Shown here: one piece after another, positions 55,388-56,086 of the stretch
How positions within the stretch are numbered: the stretch's first letter is position 1
Layout: each line of letters starts with the position of its first letter
Source of the DNA: Deltaproteobacteria bacterium
GTDB lineage: Bacteria > Myxococcota_A > Polyangia > Fen-1088
NCBI GenBank assembly: GCA_034439895.1
Contig: JAWXBF010000248.1
Coordinates: forward strand, 1-56,086
DNA: 56,086 nucleotides
Direction of reading: 5' to 3'
Notes under the pieces: model-generated
Databases searched by the model: none
Seen by the model: the letters and a program-made list of their open reading frames with translations, nothing else
Told to the model about the DNA's origin: nothing
Made by a program: the position numbers and the translations under genes

Positions 55388-56086
55388 CTATTGTGTAAGC
55401 GCAGCGATTTCCGGTGTGCTGAGCGCGCGACTCCACAGGGTCACGTCGTCAAAGACAGCGTCAGCATAACCCACAAGGTCGGTACCCTGCTGGCGCGTGC
55501 CTAGAACGAAGCCGCCGAGGGTGTTGGCAGACGCCGTGCTGGTCATCGCGGCCGAGCCGACCAGACTACCATCCTTGTACAAGCGGAGGGTTGAACCGTC
55601 CCACGTTTCCGTTAGGTGAAACCACACGTTGGCGTCGGGTGCATTGGCTGAATCCGCAACACGACTGCTGCCACCGATGGCTTCGATGATGCCCGCATTC
55701 ACCGTCACAGCAGCAAGCTGCTCGGTCCCATCCGCCGTCGCTTGACGACCCCAGAGGCTCCGATCTCCTGCCGTATGCGCCAGGACACGCTTCACCCACG
55801 CCGAGATCGTGTACGCTCCGGCCATGCTGGCAAGCGATGTCGACGGAGCAACCCGTCCGATCTGGTAGTAGTAGAACGAAACGCCCTTCCCCGTGTGGCC
55901 GGTTTCCCAGCCCGGATATCCGTTGGCCCCGACACCGTCGACACACGGCGCAACACACGCAAGTGTCAACGTATTGCCATTGCCCGTCCCGTCGGCAGCT
56001 ATCAAACCGGAGCCCTCCTCGAAGGTCCACCGCGCAACCGGACCAGCCGCTGCGCCGCCCGTGTTGGGTGTGCCGCCCGTGTTGGG
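55388..56086 (-). CDS. LamG (concanavalin A-like lectin/glucanase) domain protein, 5-prime end outside the window
   Basis: The frame is open to the right edge (PNTGGTPNTGGAAAGPVARWTFEEGSGLIAADGTGNGNTLTL..). C-terminal FDDVTLWSRALSTPEIAAL is typical of Laminin_G_3. The listed TTG at 56005 is internal. Confidence 0.75.
   Translation of the reverse strand, partial: PNTGGTPNTGGAAAGPVARWTFEEGSGLIAADGTGNGNTLTLACVAPCVDGVGANGYPGWETGHTGKGVSFYYYQIGRVAPSTSLASMAGAYTISAWVKRVLAHTAGDRSLWGRQATADGTEQLAAVTVNAGIIEAIGGSSRVADSANAPDANVWFHLTETWDGSTLRLYKDGSLVGSAAMTSTASANTLGGFVLGTRQQGTDLVGYADAVFDDVTLWSRALSTPEIAALTQ

Overview
High-GC bacterial chromosomal segment. The gene content looks like Myxococcota: a fibro-slime domain protein, PEGA-domain proteins, two eukaryotic-like Ser/Thr kinases, a DUF1592-type haem-motif protein and Tat-exported Gfo/Idh/MocA enzymes. 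I see no rRNA, tRNA, CRISPR array, transposase or integrase. Left to right: (1) a REC domain coupled to a stand-alone CheB methylesterase; (2) a lipoprotein alkaline phosphatase divergent from a tightly coupled VTC / DUF4956 / DUF2490 / exported PEP-pyruvate-binding lipoprotein operon; (3) a 1044-aa beta-propeller lipoprotein and a fibro-slime lipoprotein; (4) a VOC protein and a hybrid histidine kinase; (5) a compact partial dcw cluster (rsmH-ftsL-ftsI-murE-murF-mraY) with no mraZ; (6) a Fic-like gene, purEK, two orphan small ORFs, and LysR with fpr-Dabb-esterase; (7) a small c-type cytochrome, two Tat-exported GFOR-like oxidoreductases and an ECF sigma factor; (8) apbE-argH, yjdF-like and DUF1592-type genes; (9) two Ser/Thr-kinase/PEGA/TPR loci interleaved with sugar-modifying enzymes, RseP and methyltransferases; (10) thiD-like, WbpB/WbpD-like, MFS, DUF2845 and a truncated LamG gene. 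The best candidate for an undescribed system is the VTC-DUF4956-DUF2490-ATP-grasp lipoprotein operon at about 2.7-6.8 kb, which I read as a putative envelope polyphosphate synthesis/export module. Secondary oddities: a histone-H1-like basic tail on MurF, a PASTA domain on FtsI, paired DnaA boxes upstream of the dcw genes, a Fic domain without its catalytic motif, and the two kinase-PEGA-glycan loci. All product calls rest on motif recognition by eye. No database search was run.
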